64,000 nt of DNA from Orbicella franksi (taxonomy: Eukaryota): NCBI GenBank assembly GCA_964199315.1, contig OZ116706.1, positions 5,828,001 to 5,892,000 on the forward strand, given 5' to 3'. Numbering within the stretch: the stretch's first letter is position 1; the number at the start of each line of letters is the position of its first letter. The translations under genes and the position numbers were made by a program. The notes beneath the pieces were generated by a model. It did no database searches. It was not told the origin of the DNA and saw nothing but the letters and a program-made list of their open reading frames with translations. Positions 24,228-38,928 of this stretch are shown here, one piece after another.

Positions 24228-27200
24228 TCAATCGTCAATGGCAAGAATAATAACGTTTTCGATACTCAGCCAATGCAAGCTAGAGAAGACTTCAGGACAG
24301 TTCAAGCTCACGTCTGGGATGTCCTTTGCTGTGTCACACTATCTCCTGTCACGCTATTCCACAATGGAGGGTGAAGGGGATGACAGCTACCAACTTATGT
24401 TTGCTAAAAAAAGGTTCAGTTTTTAAAGAAACTGCTGAGAAAGTATATCACGAAAAAACGCTTGTTTTACCCTAAGATAATCTCAATGCGACTGACTTAA
24501 AATTTTCTCGTCGCAAAGTATTGAACTGAGCAAGAAAGACAAAAACCTAATATTCTAGATTTCTGGATTTGCAATGAACAGATGAAAAATGTGAGAGTTA
24601 AATTAATGTAGATAAGCTATGATGTTTAAATTTTCAGTTACAAAATGTTATACTGTTGTCCTACTTGTTGTTTATCCCGCAGTGCTTTCTTCTTCATAGT
24701 TTCTAGATTAAGCTACCTGTGCGTAAAGTTTCATTTCCTTTTGTTTCCAAGAATGTGATATATCATTTTTTTAAAGTAGTATTGTACTTGAAGCAATGTG
24801 TGGTTGTTCAGTTAAATTAGATAAAAAAAGAAAGACACACTTGGCAAATTTAAGCTTTGTATACTTTTACATTCACTGAATATAATACTGAACAATACAA
24901 GACAAATCATAGTGTCCGTACTTGCCAGAACAATTAGTTGAATAAAGTTCACTAAGCTTTTCGAAATTTTTGTATATCTATATCTGGTTCAAATAGTGAC
25001 AACCAGCGAAATTCATGTATATTTTGTAGAGGCTCTAGTTCTTTACAACGCTTAGATCAACAAACCTCAGAAAAATAAATTGTCCGTCTTAAATAACACG
25101 TAAATGTACTTCCTTTGAACGCTTTGATTTGAGACCTTCGGATGTTATAAGAGAAAAAACACCAAGCTATGTTCGTGTTTGTCCTCTGTGTATTTGAAAA
25201 TCGTACTCGGTAAAGTTTCACTTGCAACAGTTGATCAGTAAGGGTATGCAGCGCTCTGCGTCCTGCTGGTCAATCCAGGTCTAAACATAACGCCAGATTT
25301 TTTGTGACAATGCGTTTACAATAATGGACCAGCCTCCCCAGGAGGTACTCCCATATATAAGCTATGTGGGCTTGTGCCGCTGTGAAGGGTATGGTTTTCA
25401 GGCAGTTTAGTCTGGGATAGGGTGTAGGAACCAGAAAGTTTTCGTCTAGAATAAGGTTTAATTTACCGAAATTAAATAATTTAGTCTATGACAAGGTTCT
25501 TTACTGGGGGTTTCAGTAATACAAACTGAAACTCAAACGTGACATTGCAAGCCGAAGATAATGGTTTAGTTAACATATGTTGGACCACCATAATGATAAA
25601 GTTTCTGCATGGAAAATAGTTAGTCTTGGATAAGATAGGAGTTTTTGGTGCCTAGTCTAAAAAAATCAGGGTGATCATGATCTAGTATTGGGTAATGGTT
25701 TCAGTGTCCCAGCGGAACACGTCACACTCCTACCCAAAGATGAAAAAACGTCCCCCGTACTATACCGGGACGAACATCGAGCTCAGGGTCTCATTTCCTC
25801 CCGCCCCCTGGAGTAGAAGAGAGACCCTGGGAACGACGTCGCCAAGATATCGCATAACGCACATACTTTCGATACCTGCGAAATACCTTTGCGAAGATCC
25901 TTTCTGTGTGGAACCTTGTCAGTGAGTCCTTCTAGTTCCCTCCCTAGCCTGGTCCTGTCAAATGAATGTGCTCGCTTGATTCGCTTTATTTACCGATATT
26001 TATAGCTTTTCACCCGAAAAAAGGTCCTAAAACCACTGCTTTTCACTGTCAGTTTCAAAACATATTTAACAGGGGGGAAAAGTTATGAAGACTGACAAAC
26101 GTCTTTTGTTGTATGCTTTTGCTCACTTTCCTGGGCCACAATTAGCCTGCGACACAAACATTCGTCATCGCCGGTAAACTATATCGAGGTTTTTCTTGGC
26201 ACGTGCGTCTGACTAGACTGTACTGCAAGATATTTTTGGCTTTGACCTCGCAGAAACATAATAGGAGTTTCTTCTGTCTAGCTAAGGAACTAACAATAGA
26301 AACGTTTCTGTTACGTAATTCATGTGTATTGTAATAGGGAAAACAAAAGATTGCATGGTCATGGAGCCTCTGCGGCTTTGAATTTTGCAGGGCCGCATAA
26401 ACCATTTTCCTCAAACCATTTTCAAACCGACATGGCTGTTTCCATGTCTGCATTGGATTTCTTTGCAAAAAACAAGATAGACCAGCTATTACTAAGTTGT
26501 ACATGCAACAGAGGGATATTTTTCGGAATAGTACATGTCACTCATGTCATCTCATCTCCCCGGGTGGGGGGGGGGGGGTGTGGACTCGTGTATGAAAGGG
26601 GTGGGGATGCTCGTAGGAAATTTGAATTAAACCCCTAAAGCAGACCGATCTGGGCGTTGCCCAAGCTTTTTTTTGACCCCTAAAAGAGACAAGGTTAAAG
26701 CACAGACAAATGAAAAATACAGTGATTAAAGGACGAACTCTTGAAATAAATTCGGTATTTGAGCAAAAAATCAAATAACAAGCTTGTGAATATTTTTAGC
26801 CGTGATCAAATAATCGTTTTGTGTCAGCCGCCGAGTTTCACATTATACTCTTGTAAAACAATGGACAATGACATTTTGCTATAGTCTTCTTTAGGTATTG
26901 ATGTTATACAAAAAACTTTGATTATATGAATCGAGTAAATAAAACGAATAAAAATATACATATTTTAAAATATAAATTTTTATATTTCTTCGCGTGCAAC
27001 CCTAAACGAGACCTTCACGGCTAAATATAATGCCGTTTTGCCCAGAACACCTTAAGTGAGACCAAAATCTGAAATTTACACCCCTAAGCGAGACGACGAG
27101 CATCCCGGTTTTTTGTTTTCTTTGTTTTCATTCTCGTTGAGGCCTTCCCAATTCTATTGATACAGAGACCACAGGAAATCTTTAACTATCACGGAAAATA

Positions 27201-27467
27201 TCCTTTACGGCACAAATTACGAAAGAAAATTTTGGTGAAGCGGCCTCCGCTTCTTAGAAATTTTTCTTGCGGGACGAAGCGCGTAATCCCGAACGGGCAA
27301 GATAGCTCTATCTTGCCTGCTCGGGTAGCCAATCACAGCGCAGGATTTGTTCACCTGGCCTGTAGCTGTCCAAACAGCGTTTGTTATTGGCTGACGAAAC
27401 AATACATAAATGATCTAAACAATGCCCCTATCTCTGTCATCTCTTGAAACAATAGAAGTTACATTTA

Positions 27468-27632
27468 TTCCAAAATGGCGGCCAATTTATTATTCTTTTG
27501 TTTGCATGTTAATCAGCCCTCTTTGCCTAATTTTCACTTCAAAATTCTTTTGTATTTTGTTCATGTTGACAAGGCAAAGAGGGCTAATTACCATGTAAAC
27601 AAAAGAATAATAAACTGGCTGCCATTTTGGAA
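27468..27632. repeat. Fold-back MITE (61-bp inverted arms) ~1 kb upstream of A2
   Basis: 27468-27528 is a near-perfect reverse complement of 27572-27632. Confidence 0.85.
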
Positions 27633-28585
27633 AAAGGTGTATACAGGTCAGGAAGTCGAGGGTATAATGAGCCGAATTATAGCCTCGCTGAGTGGACGAC
27701 GAAACAGGTAAACGATAAACGACGACAAACCGATGTGGTACTCGAGGGTACTCGTAAAACGACGAGTCGAAGAGTCCAGCCGACGAATGGAACTTTCAAG
27801 ATGACGAGACGAACTCACAAAGCGATGAGTCGATAGTCGAACTGGCAATTCGACGAGTTGAACTCGGAAAACAACGACTTTACCAGAAGTATCGGTGTCC
27901 GGAAACGATGAAACGCCATAACGAAACGGCGAGTCGAACATTTTGTCCACAATCTACCTTCATAGTTTAGAGCCATTTAGGCGAGTTATACTTTTTCCAA
28001 ACCGCCTCCAGGAACACAGAGACATCAACGAACGCAATGCAAACATGAGGTAAGCCACTTTTATTAAAATTATTTTGTACACGTAGCATTTAGAACTACT
28101 TTGAAGCCTCCTCATACACTTTGTCTTATCACGGCTAAAATTGTAACGCAATCGCCAACAGCATAATGTCACGTACATCTACGCCTGTTCTAGCTTGTTC
28201 TAGATATTTTTGCCGCCAAACAATGGCCTGGAGACAAGCGACAGCCGGAAATACGTCTGCGTTCGCAGGCTACGCCCCCGCATGCAGATGATGAAGATGA
28301 TGTCATTGAAGATGGTCATGTGATAGAATTGATGTACAAAACTTTTCATTCATTGACTACATAACGTTTTTCTCCTGACAAGCTGGAGTAAGGTTGTGGC
28401 GAAATTCGTACTTACGTGTTTTCGCTCTCTCGACATTCCTCCAACTTGTTCCCTTCGAAAACTACGAGCTCAAAGTAACTCTAAAGCACAATGCGAAATG
28501 GATGTTGTCAAAGTATTTCTGTTGACGACTTATTTTTAACTATCGTTCGTTTCATCGACGAATTTGTGAAGTAGTGATCACGGCG

Positions 28586-31500
28586 ATGACGCAGCCAGTG
28601 AAGATGGTAAGAGTTAAAACTTTTAAACCGTAAAATCATCCTGTTCTTTTGTCATTCGTAGGTAGAATTCCTTTTTATCCTCTTTCAGTGATTTATCTGA
28701 CGAATTTTCGTCAATAGGTGCTCTAGTTTGTTTATGGACTGCGCCGTTCATGATGCAAAAATGTGCTTAGTAATCACAACAGTGTAAACGTAGCTAGTAT
28801 GCCCATGGTTTTACTGTAGGGGATAATGTCCAATTCTGGGGTATGGATGCGATTTCAACTCGAAATAAGTAGCACGTGTATGTATGGTATGTGTAAGTGA
28901 AGTATATCTAGGGATAACGTTAAGAATATTAAGCTTATATTTAAACTAATTTAAAGGTACGTACGTACGCACTAGCTAGTCGACGATTTTTATTCGCACT
29001 TGATCATGAGTTGACGTTTTATTTTGACTTTCGGTCGAGTTTGTTGTCAATGCGACGCATAACCTTACTTCTACCGATATTATGAGGAAACATAATTTTC
29101 TAGAACACTTCTTTTACGCATGTTCCTTCCATGAATTAAACGAAAACGTTTTATGGCGTCATCCCTATTCCAGGTCCAAAAAAATGTGACGTCATTAGAA
29201 AACAAATGTAAACAATCAGCTGTATTACGATGAATACAGAACCTTTCCCATTAATGAATATATGCTTGTTGACATTTATCACCAACCCTGTAAGCTACAG
29301 ATTACTATAATGGCCTTGTTTTGTTTTTCAGATATTTGGCTACACAGCTGCATTTATTTTGGCCTTCTGTTTTGCCATAGCTGATGCAGAGGTATGTGTA
29401 TAAATAGGATAGGTTTTGTTGTTTAGTAAACAAGATTTTGAACAATTCTAAACTAAACTGAATAGGGCAATCATGTATTCCAGACTATTTACCGGTGCAA
29501 TTTTTTTGTGCCTACATAGAAAATGTCCATTTCACATAAGATCCAGACCTCCCCAGAATTGACATTCTACCCCTCCCCAAACCCTTGAGGAGTAGATTTT
29601 TTTGTAAATTATATACACCCCCTAGCCCCTTTGTGAAAAGTCATTTTGATAAGAAACTGTGAAATTCAACACTCCAAACACTCAGGTATTAATGAGCCAT
29701 TTTCAGTTACACATCACTACTATTCATTATTGATTACTGTGTGGTAACATCTGAAGAAGATTATATGTACTAAGAAAGCATACAGCAATTTCTTTAACAC
29801 ATTTTGAAACTATATAGATAAAGTAGTAACTTGTCAAATTACCGTCATTTATAATCACACCCCTTTCAAAATGTGGTTCAATTTCCCTTGCAGGAGAGTG
29901 CTCTTACAATTTTTTTGATGCAGGTGCATGAAGTTGACATCATAATTTTACTGCAATTGTGGTTGCCAACACACTCACAAACAAAGCCAACTTTTGATCA
30001 ACAAAATTTTATACAAATGAAAAGAGATTAATGAGAACTAGAAAGTAATATTGAAAGGCTGCTGGCAAGAACATCCCCTTTATTTTTTGGCCATTTTTGA
30101 AGTGCTGAAAAATAGTTGAATTTTGGCATGCAGGTTTTGTTTTACCTGAGAATCATTGCCCTGAAGTTTTTTTTTGCTGGTTTGCTCTTCGTTTTATTGA
30201 TCTCAGGTTGTAGTGGGAATCATGACATCATTTTCACCATCACTGGTGCAGAAGCTTTTCATGAAGGTGATCACTGCCACCAAGTAGATTCAAAGACCAA
30301 TGTGAGAAACAAACAACTGGCTATTATCAGCAGTGCTTGACATTAAGGGTAGTTGCACCTGTAGTTGCTCATGTTAGGATCAATGGTACATAGCAATGGA
30401 AGTTCATTTTGACTCTTCATCCAGATGGGGGCATCTAAAGGAATGAAGATAAATAATTAGATACTGTACAAGTTGTAATCACCAAAACAAAATTGAGATC
30501 CACTAAACTAATGGGTCTGTGTTAAATTTCCATCCTTGGATACTATTATTATATTAACTTAGAGTACATGTATGTTCTTTCTAATTTTTTTGCAGCGTAC
30601 AAATCCTTGTAGTGAAACTCAGTATTGGATTGAATATTTAGATGGTTCGACCTTGTGTGAAGACTGTCCATCTTGCCTACCAGGACAAGGCCTTTCTGAA
30701 CAATGTGGACAACTTATAAAATCCAGTGCATTTGTGACATGTCAACCGTGCCAACCTAAATTCTCATTTTCCAGCAAAGATGACACCTCCATGTGTGCTC
30801 GTTGTTCATCTTGTGCAGTGGATCAGGTGGTGCTAAGGAACTGTACACCAGAGTGGGACATCAAGTGTGCAGAACGATGTTCCAGTATGGACAGGTACAA
30901 ATGCATGTGTTACATTTAATGCACTTTTGTATTTACCATTTAGAATTAAACTGCACATTACTTTTGAATAACCCCTACACACACAGATGGCAGGTGTTAA
31001 AAATTTTGAACATCTGCTGGCTAATAATTTAATCATGTCTTGCTATTTTACCATAAATTTCCAAAAGTAACGACCCCCTGAAAGTAGCAACCCCAAACGT
31101 AACGTCCAAAAATTGTGGCCCCCAATAAATCCCAAAAGTAACGACCCCCCAAAAGTAGTGGACCCTCTGAGAGAAGCGAGACCACCCCAATCTGCTGCTC
31201 CCGGAATAGTGAGATCCAGGTAAAATAGTATATTCATTTTTCCAGTCAAATTAGTCAGATGAAAGTTACCGTATGATCACTTGATTTAAGGTACTCTACA
31301 ACAAGGGAACGGTACTGCTTATGCCATGAAGTGTTGTGAAATGTCAATTTGTGCTTCATCAGTTCATGTTGTGCCATCAAATTTTTAAGTAACCGAGGAA
31401 CGTCCTAACAGGAAGTTTTCTTTTTTTCTTTCCTTGTTTAATATTTTCACTTCCTTTGGGCAGGTATTACAATCATGCCAAGGGAGACTGTTTACCTTGT

Positions 31501-34500
31501 TCGAAATGCTGTGGGGATGATCAAGATTTGGTGGAAGTTGAATGTCAAGAAAAACTGGGGCCTCGCTCTAACATGATCTGCTCTTTTGACACCAGCGTAA
31601 ACCGCTGTGGAAAGGCAATCAATTTGAGATCTCTACATAACGTCACAACAAATGCAAAGAAGATAACAGCTACTCCTGATAACTACACCAGTCCAAGCCA
31701 AGCTTCCAAAAGTGAACAAAGTGAAGCTCCTACTGAAAGTAATGACCTATCTCAAAGAAAAGTTCAGGATTTCTGGACAGCCGCCATTATTCCAGTTGTA
31801 ATACTGGCCCTGATGGTGATTTGCGGCTGTGTTTACATTTACAAGACAGGGAACCCAAATGGTTGCTTTTGGTGTCGCAGTGATGTTGAAAGGGGCTCAG
31901 GTGCACTTGATGCAGGTAAGAATTGACAGCCTTGATTATTTTATGCACCTATAGGTATGTGTCTTAAGATCTGACCATATTTATTTACTCATTTTTTGCC
32001 ATGTTATACACTTAGTTACTGTTCCTGAGAGAAACAGTTTTGGTTTCCTGAGAATCTCAGTGTTGCCTGTTTTCCAAGGGACCAGCAATATGTTTTGTTA
32101 TGTAACTTGAGTTTAGTGTGGGGTAATAAGGCAATTAGAAGTCAAAGTAACCTCTCAGTGGTAAGTAGGAGAGCAGACAACTATTGTGTAACTGTTTCCC
32201 ACCAGGGCAACATTTAGATTTAGCCATTGCCACGTGACCATAAATTAATCAGTAAGAGCACATGATGGAATGATACATTCAACTAAACTCAAGCTATATA
32301 TAACAATAGTTGAGGTGACCAGAAGTTGGCTGAAAGAAGAGGCCAATATGGCGGAAATAGTAGAGGATTAGTGAATAGAGGTGCAAAAAGCAAGTTATGT
32401 AAGGTGTGCAGGTTTGGCTGCCCAACATAGAGGCTTGTCATGGAATCTGAAACCTTGCATTTAATTTGTCAAAAATTGAGAACTGCTATACTGTGTCCTT
32501 ACTAGTTCTACTTGGGTTTGGAAATTAGTAATGGCACATGCATGTAGAAAGCTCCGAACAAAATCTTGGTCAGCATCTAGCTAGAGTTATTTTCCCAGTC
32601 CCCCATGTTGTTCTGAGGTGAACAATGCAATCATGACTTATCACTTCCTGTTTCCCAAACATCTGCTTCCGTATTACTCATGCTCGGTAAGGCGTATGAG
32701 TTGTAAAATGCCCTTGTTTTCTCTGTTTTGGTGTCACATTTGTGCATGCATACATTTACCACACTCTTTGGAGCTCAGTCCACTATACAACATCTGCCAT
32801 ATCGGATTCTTTGAGAAGGTGCCATTTTTTGCAAACATTGTGCTTTTTCCCCAATTTGATACGGTGTGGAAGTACCTATCAACAAGAAAGTGGTCTGGAG
32901 AGGTTGTCATGTCAATCGCCATGTGACAATATGACAAGTCTCTTATTTATTAGGGTTTTGGAGATTCAAGGACATATTGCAAAGAATCATGTACTATATA
33001 CATGCTCTGTATACTTTATCTTTTGGTCAAATGCATAATGCTTCCTGTTCGTGTAAATGGACGTGCTCAACAAAACAGGCAGGTAATAGGTCACGATTGA
33101 TATATTGATATTCAGTAGCATGGCTCTGAGGCTTTAAGGACAAAATTGCAAATTTTTCAATTTTCTTTTGTCCCTCAATTCCCAAAAGAGACTCAGTTAC
33201 AAGGAAAAAATTTTCAAAGAAAAATAAATGCTATAACATAACGATTCAGTGTTATCTTTTCGCCATTATCAAATGGAGATTAAAGTCGTTCAGTTCAGAT
33301 ATATACTAGCTTACATGTTTTAAAAGGAGTCAAGAATAATGTCAGGAACAATGTCCATTAATTAAACACTTTTCCCTGAATAGAATCCGCTTGTGTGTTT
33401 AGGTTGTTTTGTTTTGTTTTTTTCCATTTTCTTTTTCTGCTTTTGGTTTGTCTTGTACACCTTGTATTTTGCATCAATTGAAACCTATTAAGTTTTTGGC
33501 AACATATGCAAGGATATAATTGTGATAATATTTTTCAAAATATGGCATTTCATGAAACAACATACAAAAAAAACACCAGGGCTGGGTTTAGGCCGGTTAA
33601 CGCTGACCCAGGATTAAGAGTTAATTGAAGTAAGAATTTTTCATGTATAACAACGTTTTTCAATTCTTATGCTTTGGGTACTTTGAAATGATTCAAACTC
33701 AAAACTGAAGGACAAACAATATAAACAGAAAAGCTCACCGAAAAAATACTACACTGAAATCAAAATTCTCATTAATTCTAGGTTAGCTTAATCGGGCTTT
33801 GAACAACTCAGCCCAGGTGCCTACTGATGAGTACTGTTATTTTATCAAGTTTCAAGAATACATTAAAATCAAATTACAAATATAATAGAGATAAGGCAAA
33901 GTTGATGTTTGATTCAATGGCCCTGAATACTGTAATGTGTCCTAACAACCAACATAAACAAGTCTAACACTTGAACAGAAAATGCCTGAAGAGATTTAGT
34001 CCAGAATAGCTATGAAAAAAGATATTTCATCCAATTTGCAATTCTGATCCTTTGTTAATTCTCTGTTTATGATTGTTCGACTTGGCTCGCTTTGTGTTAT
34101 TTGCCTGATGATATCCTTGTAATAAAGATGACATATTGTGTTACACCCCTTATCTTCTCTCCTGCATCTTCAATATCTATATCTTAGATCTATGATGCAC
34201 TTTTTTCGAATTAGCTTTGCTCCCGTATTATAGTTGTTGGATGGCAAAGGTTTTCAAATTGCATGTCTGACTATGTACGCATTGCATACCTATTTCATAC
34301 AATTTGTAACCTGTGCATAGGTATAGGCTACTTAGAGCCTCTTGTCTTTTAATTGATCATTATTGTCTTAGAAGAACAAATAATAATAACTTGTTCTTTT
34401 TAGACAATAATTAAAACCAGTCAGGAAATTGTTAAAATTGCTGTCAGGTATTTCAATCCTGGCTTAACCTCAAAATTTTCCAAAAGTCACTTAGGGCTTT

Positions 34501-36968
34501 ATTTCAATTAGCATGTACCCCTTCAATTTAATTAATGTTTTGAACTCCGGAGCAATGATCAGTAGTTTGTATAGGGTGATCTAGTCCTGGTTTTCAGGTT
34601 CTTAAAGGAATTGCTTTGGTCACTCTTCTTTTCAATCATCAGCAGAAGTCATCTTCACCGCCTAGCAAACAGTTTATTGTTTGTCAGTCAAATGGTGTTT
34701 TTTGTCCGGCCTGTAAATCTTGACACTAGCTGTTTGGTCAGTTTAGCAATAATGTTATTAGTTTTCATGATTCATGTAAAGCTAAATTGCCAACAGTGAG
34801 TGATTACTTGTTGGTAGTTTTAAATTAAGTTGTTCTGTTTGTGGTCCATTCATCAACTTTGTTTATGTTTAGAATAAGCCAGTTGTAAGGTTGTGGTTAA
34901 GTTGTTGATGTCTGAAGAGAGGAGCTTGTTCTAAGTTGGTTTGCAAGCTTTCCAGAGCCTTTCATTGAAAACCGTTTGTTAACTGTAGCTTTAATAACAG
35001 TCATGCTGTTCAAACTCTAAATTATTTCTCCCTGTCTATGCACCTGACCAAATGTTATTATCATTATTATTATGCAGTCATCTATGTAAATTAGCACCCT
35101 ACAATATTGCCTGCACTCGTTTTTTCCAACAGATGGGGCTGAAGAAACATTGTCAAAAATTGGCAGATGTCACAGGCTTGAAATGATTTCACCAGAATCA
35201 TCAGAACCATTGTTGAACGAGGTACTTATAGAAATTAGTTGTTGTTCCGAGTATGAAATAAATAAACATTTTTTAATTGTTGTGGTATTAATGCTGTTGA
35301 TTAAAAAAATGTTTCTCAATCTTTTTTGTAATGCTGTATCTTTAAGGAAGCATTACGACCTAATTGCATTGGAATTTAACCAACGTGTAATCTTCAAGTG
35401 GCTTCTTCGGGTGTATAAAGAACATTTTGCAGTTGTAATTGTCATGCCTTTGCCATCAATAATGAAGGACCAGGTTAAGGGCTATCGAACGTAGGCCTCA
35501 GAAGTTCATCACTGTTGGAGAGGAACAGGCATTTTTGATGAACAGTCTGTAGTTTATTTGCGAGCAAGATATGTAGCCCCATCTTGCCCCCTCAGGTTGC
35601 TTTGTCAAGCTTCAATAAATCTTAATATATTGTTCCTTATGTGAAACCATGTATATTAACATAACCATGTACTGTAATATTAACACAGCGTGGTTCAGTA
35701 AGCTTTCTACTGAAGTTGTGGAAGTTTACTTTCAAAGACGATAACTGTGTAATTATATCAAGTATTGTGTTCTAGATGATGATTAAGTAACTAGCAATAA
35801 ATTATATATGAATTCCTGAATATTAACAATATTGTTAGTACATTAGTATCCTCCTTAAGTACTTCACATTCATTTTAATGAGTAATGTTACCATGATAGT
35901 TTTTCTTAGTTATATATTCACCACCCTCTGCCCATGTAAAGGGGTGTTGCTCATTTTGAAAAATAGTTGCCTAAATTTTCCAAGCTTGTCATTAATAATC
36001 ACTCTTAATATCTCCTACTGTAAGTTAAACTGTAACTGGTATTTCTGAGAATTTCTTCATTGCTGTTCTCCTTCCTTTGTCAAAAATTATTTTGAGGTTC
36101 TTTTTATCCGACTATGGCTAACTTGGAAGTAATATATTGTTATCACTACAGCAAAAACAAAATGCAAAATAATTATGTGGTGACATTTAGCTCCTGTAAA
36201 TGTGTTTGATACAAGTTGCAAAATATAGCACTACTTTCGATACGTCAAAAGTGAGTAATTATACAGTGTATTTATTTATAAATTTTGAAATCTTTCATTA
36301 AATAGGGTGATTCTGGTATGCTGACACGCTCTAGTGAAATGGCCATAAAGAAAGGTACAGCAAAGTGTTTTTGTTTCGTTCGAGCACATATTTTACATAA
36401 TTGATAAGTGAGTGAAAGGCATTTGAAGGATTAGTTTCACATCAGGATTCCAACCAAGTATAGTTATCTGGTGAACTGAAATACAATCCATAAATATTTA
36501 TAGTTAGGTTAACTATTGTAAAACTCACCTAGAGACATTAAGCACAGTTAGCTGCACTGTGTAATTCGCGGACGCCATTGTTTTCACGGAACTTAATGAG
36601 ATTTGTTTGGCCAAGATAGTACTTTTATTAACCTTGTCAAACGTGTTTGGTTGTTGTAATTGATAGATTCTAAACCACTGAGTAGCTTATTGGAGAGGGA
36701 TTCTGACCTGCAAAAGATCTGCGACTGTTTGGATGCACCCATGGCAGGGGTTGGTCACTACCGAGCAGTTGCCCTGTACTATGGCTCCAATTATTACCAG
36801 ATAGTCTCGGTCTTCGAAAAGCAACGCGGAGGACCATCCAGGGCCTTAATAGAATCCCTTCAAGCTAAGAAACCAGAACTAACAGTGGCAGAGTTTGCCT
36901 CTGTGGTGAGAAAAGAGGCTAACAGGAACGACGTCGTTAAACTGCTTGAAGAATACGACTTAAAATAG
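28586..36968 (+). CDS. TNF receptor superfamily death receptor, subtype A, copy 2 (A2)
   Basis: Exons 28586-28606 (MTQPVKM|gtaag), 29332-29391 (signal peptide IFGYTAAFILAFCFAIADAE), 30596-30894 (CRDs), 31464-31915 (Cys module, stalk, TM), 35133-35221 (linker) and 36667-36968 (death domain). The exon plan matches A1. One small phase 0-to-1 exon between 35222 and 36666 is required but not firmly identified. Confidence 0.88.
33577..33817. mobile_element. MITE; same family as 50131-50358, opposite orientation
   Basis: Shares caaactcaaaactgaaggacaa...aaacagaaaa...ctcaccgaaaa and taatcgggctttgaacaac with the reverse complement of 50131-50358. Confidence 0.7.
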
Positions 36969-37660
36969 AACATAAATCTCCTTGTATAAAGTGTATTTGT
37001 AGAGTCATTTTAGATGCTTTTTCAACTTTGAGAGTATTAAAGTAAAAGTGCTTTTATAGAAAATGTAAAGGTGCAAATACCACCAAGTAGTATGGCTATA
37101 AGTCCCAGATGAGGTTTTCAGTACAGAAGGAGATATGATCTGAACGGATTAGTTAACGCTAAATGTAGAGGGAAAGAAATTCCTGAATGCAGGTCCAGTG
37201 TCACAAAGAGGAGAAACTCTAGACTGCACGGACTCCGAGGATGACCTTCCTAAATTCCTCAGTTTAGCCATGTACATTCTATCTTCAAGTCGGCAGAATC
37301 TTGAGGGTATCTGACAGAAAAGGTTCGCTGTTGTTATATCATTCGTAAAATAGCCCTACTGAGACTGTTATTTTTTCGCTTTTAAAAGCATTTCTTTTGT
37401 AATCCTTTTATTGATTTTATTTTTTGTAGGGTTATTTTTGTTCCGTTTGTAATTTTTTTGTATTTCAATATGTTGGCATGTTATGATATCATTCGTAAAA
37501 TAGCTCTGCCGAGACTGTTAGTTTTTTCGTTTTTTAAAAAATTTCTTTTGTAATCCTTTTATTGATTTCTTTTATTTTTTATAGAGCTATTTTTGTTCAA
37601 TTTGTATTTTTTTTTAAGTGTAAAAGGAAGCCACTCTAAAACAAATATGTAAAAAAATGC
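36400..37660 (+). repeat. Last intron, death-domain exon and 3' flank of A2; duplicated at ~53138-54225
   Basis: Colinear similarity from attgataagtg through the DD exon to ...ctctaaaacaaatat. Confidence 0.9.
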
Positions 37661-37824
37661 GTACGCTGATCAAAGTGTTTTGTATCGTGTAGTGCTCAAG
37701 CCGATCAATCTTAGGCCGCACAGGTAAATGTTAGCGTGAACGAGAAATACTTTTGAGAAGTAAGCTTTGTCGTTTTGAGCTGTTAGGACATTTTTTTAAA
37801 TTAGTGTTATAGATTATTACAAAT

Positions 37825-37953
37825 CAGTGGCGGATCCAGACTTTGAGCTAAGGGGTGGGGAGTTGTTTTACTTGCCCTGCCGGCTTTTCGTCCTTCAGTC
37901 ATTTCTTTTTTCACCCAAAATAAGGGGGGCTCCCTCCCCTAGATCCGCCTTTG
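37825..37953. mobile_element. Short MITE
   Basis: cagtggcggatccag ... ctagatccgcctttg inverted termini. Confidence 0.7.
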
Positions 37954-38620
37954 CAAATTGTCCATATCATATAGCTAACCTTTTTCCAGAGTGTGAAAGC
38001 ACTATAAACCGATTCTTTCTTTTTGAAACGTATTTTCTTATTTACAATAACAGAAAAATTAGAACCTTATGGCAGTTATGCACTTTGGTTTGTAAAAGTT
38101 TGGAAAGGCATTTTGTAATAAACACAATTTAGTCATTTTGCTGATGTGATTACTTCGGAGAACTCCGGAGGATTTACCAAAAGCAATTTACTTAAATTAT
38201 ATATAAGCGATCTATTCAATACACTATTTTGTAGTTAGTTCTAAATTTTGTACTTTTATTGAGAGTTAACGTTATAATTCTTAGTATTTTTTTGTTATAA
38301 TTATAGAAATATGGTAGGTAGAAATTTTGTTCAATGTCATGATACACTTTACTACGTTTAAGTTGAATAGAGTGTGACAGTTTTGAAGGTTGTATCGTAA
38401 ATCAGTATTGCAAAAACGATAAATAGAATGTCAGCAAACAATTGGTTGCTTTACCATAGGAGGAGAATGCCAGCTTAAAAGGGAATCTCGTGACGTGTTT
38501 TCTATTTATCCTTCGAATTCGAACAAGGTTCTTTGACGATATATTGAAGTACTAAGGGGATGCGAAAGTTAAGGGGAGATTTTAAATGAATAGATTAATA
38601 ACGGCTACCATCAACATGAT

Positions 38621-38928
38621 GGTACGGTGGCCTCATGGTCAGTGCGCTCCCCTCCGCTCGAGTCGAGCAGTCCCGGGTTCGAGTGGTTGCCGGGGACATT
38701 TTAGTATGTTGTGGTCTTGGGCAAGACACTTTTCTCTCACAGTGCCTCTCTCCACCCACGTGTATAAATGGGTATACCGGCGACCTTAATGCGGGGGCAC
38801 AACCCTGGGATGGACTAGTATCCCATCCAGGGGGAGTAGAAATACTCCTAGTCGCTTCACGCTACAGAAACCGGGATAAGCTCCGACCTGATGGGCCACT
38901 TGGCTGGTATGCAGACTTTTACCTTCAC
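38621..38928 (+). mobile_element. tRNA-derived SINE
   Basis: Pol III A-box TGGCCTCATGG (38628-38638), B-box GGTTCGAGT (38676-38684), core ttgggcaagacactt...ctcacagtgcctctctccaccca.gtgtataaatgggta and a tttacctt tail. It does not fold as a full tRNA. Confidence 0.85.

Larger units (their letters stand above)
20626..26540 (+). repeat. ~5.9 kb segmental duplication, copy 1 (promoter, gene B1 and 3' flank); paralogous to 40446-46425
   Basis: Colinear similarity from ttagatttc...gtgtgcgatgttttaatactcat to gcaacagagggatattttttcggaatag, covering both coding and non-coding DNA. Confidence 0.9.

Noticed and set aside
38621-38700. tRNA-like A and B boxes
   Set aside because: It does not form a cloverleaf and continues into a SINE core, so it is called a SINE rather than a tRNA gene. 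The 106-aa ORF over it is spurious.
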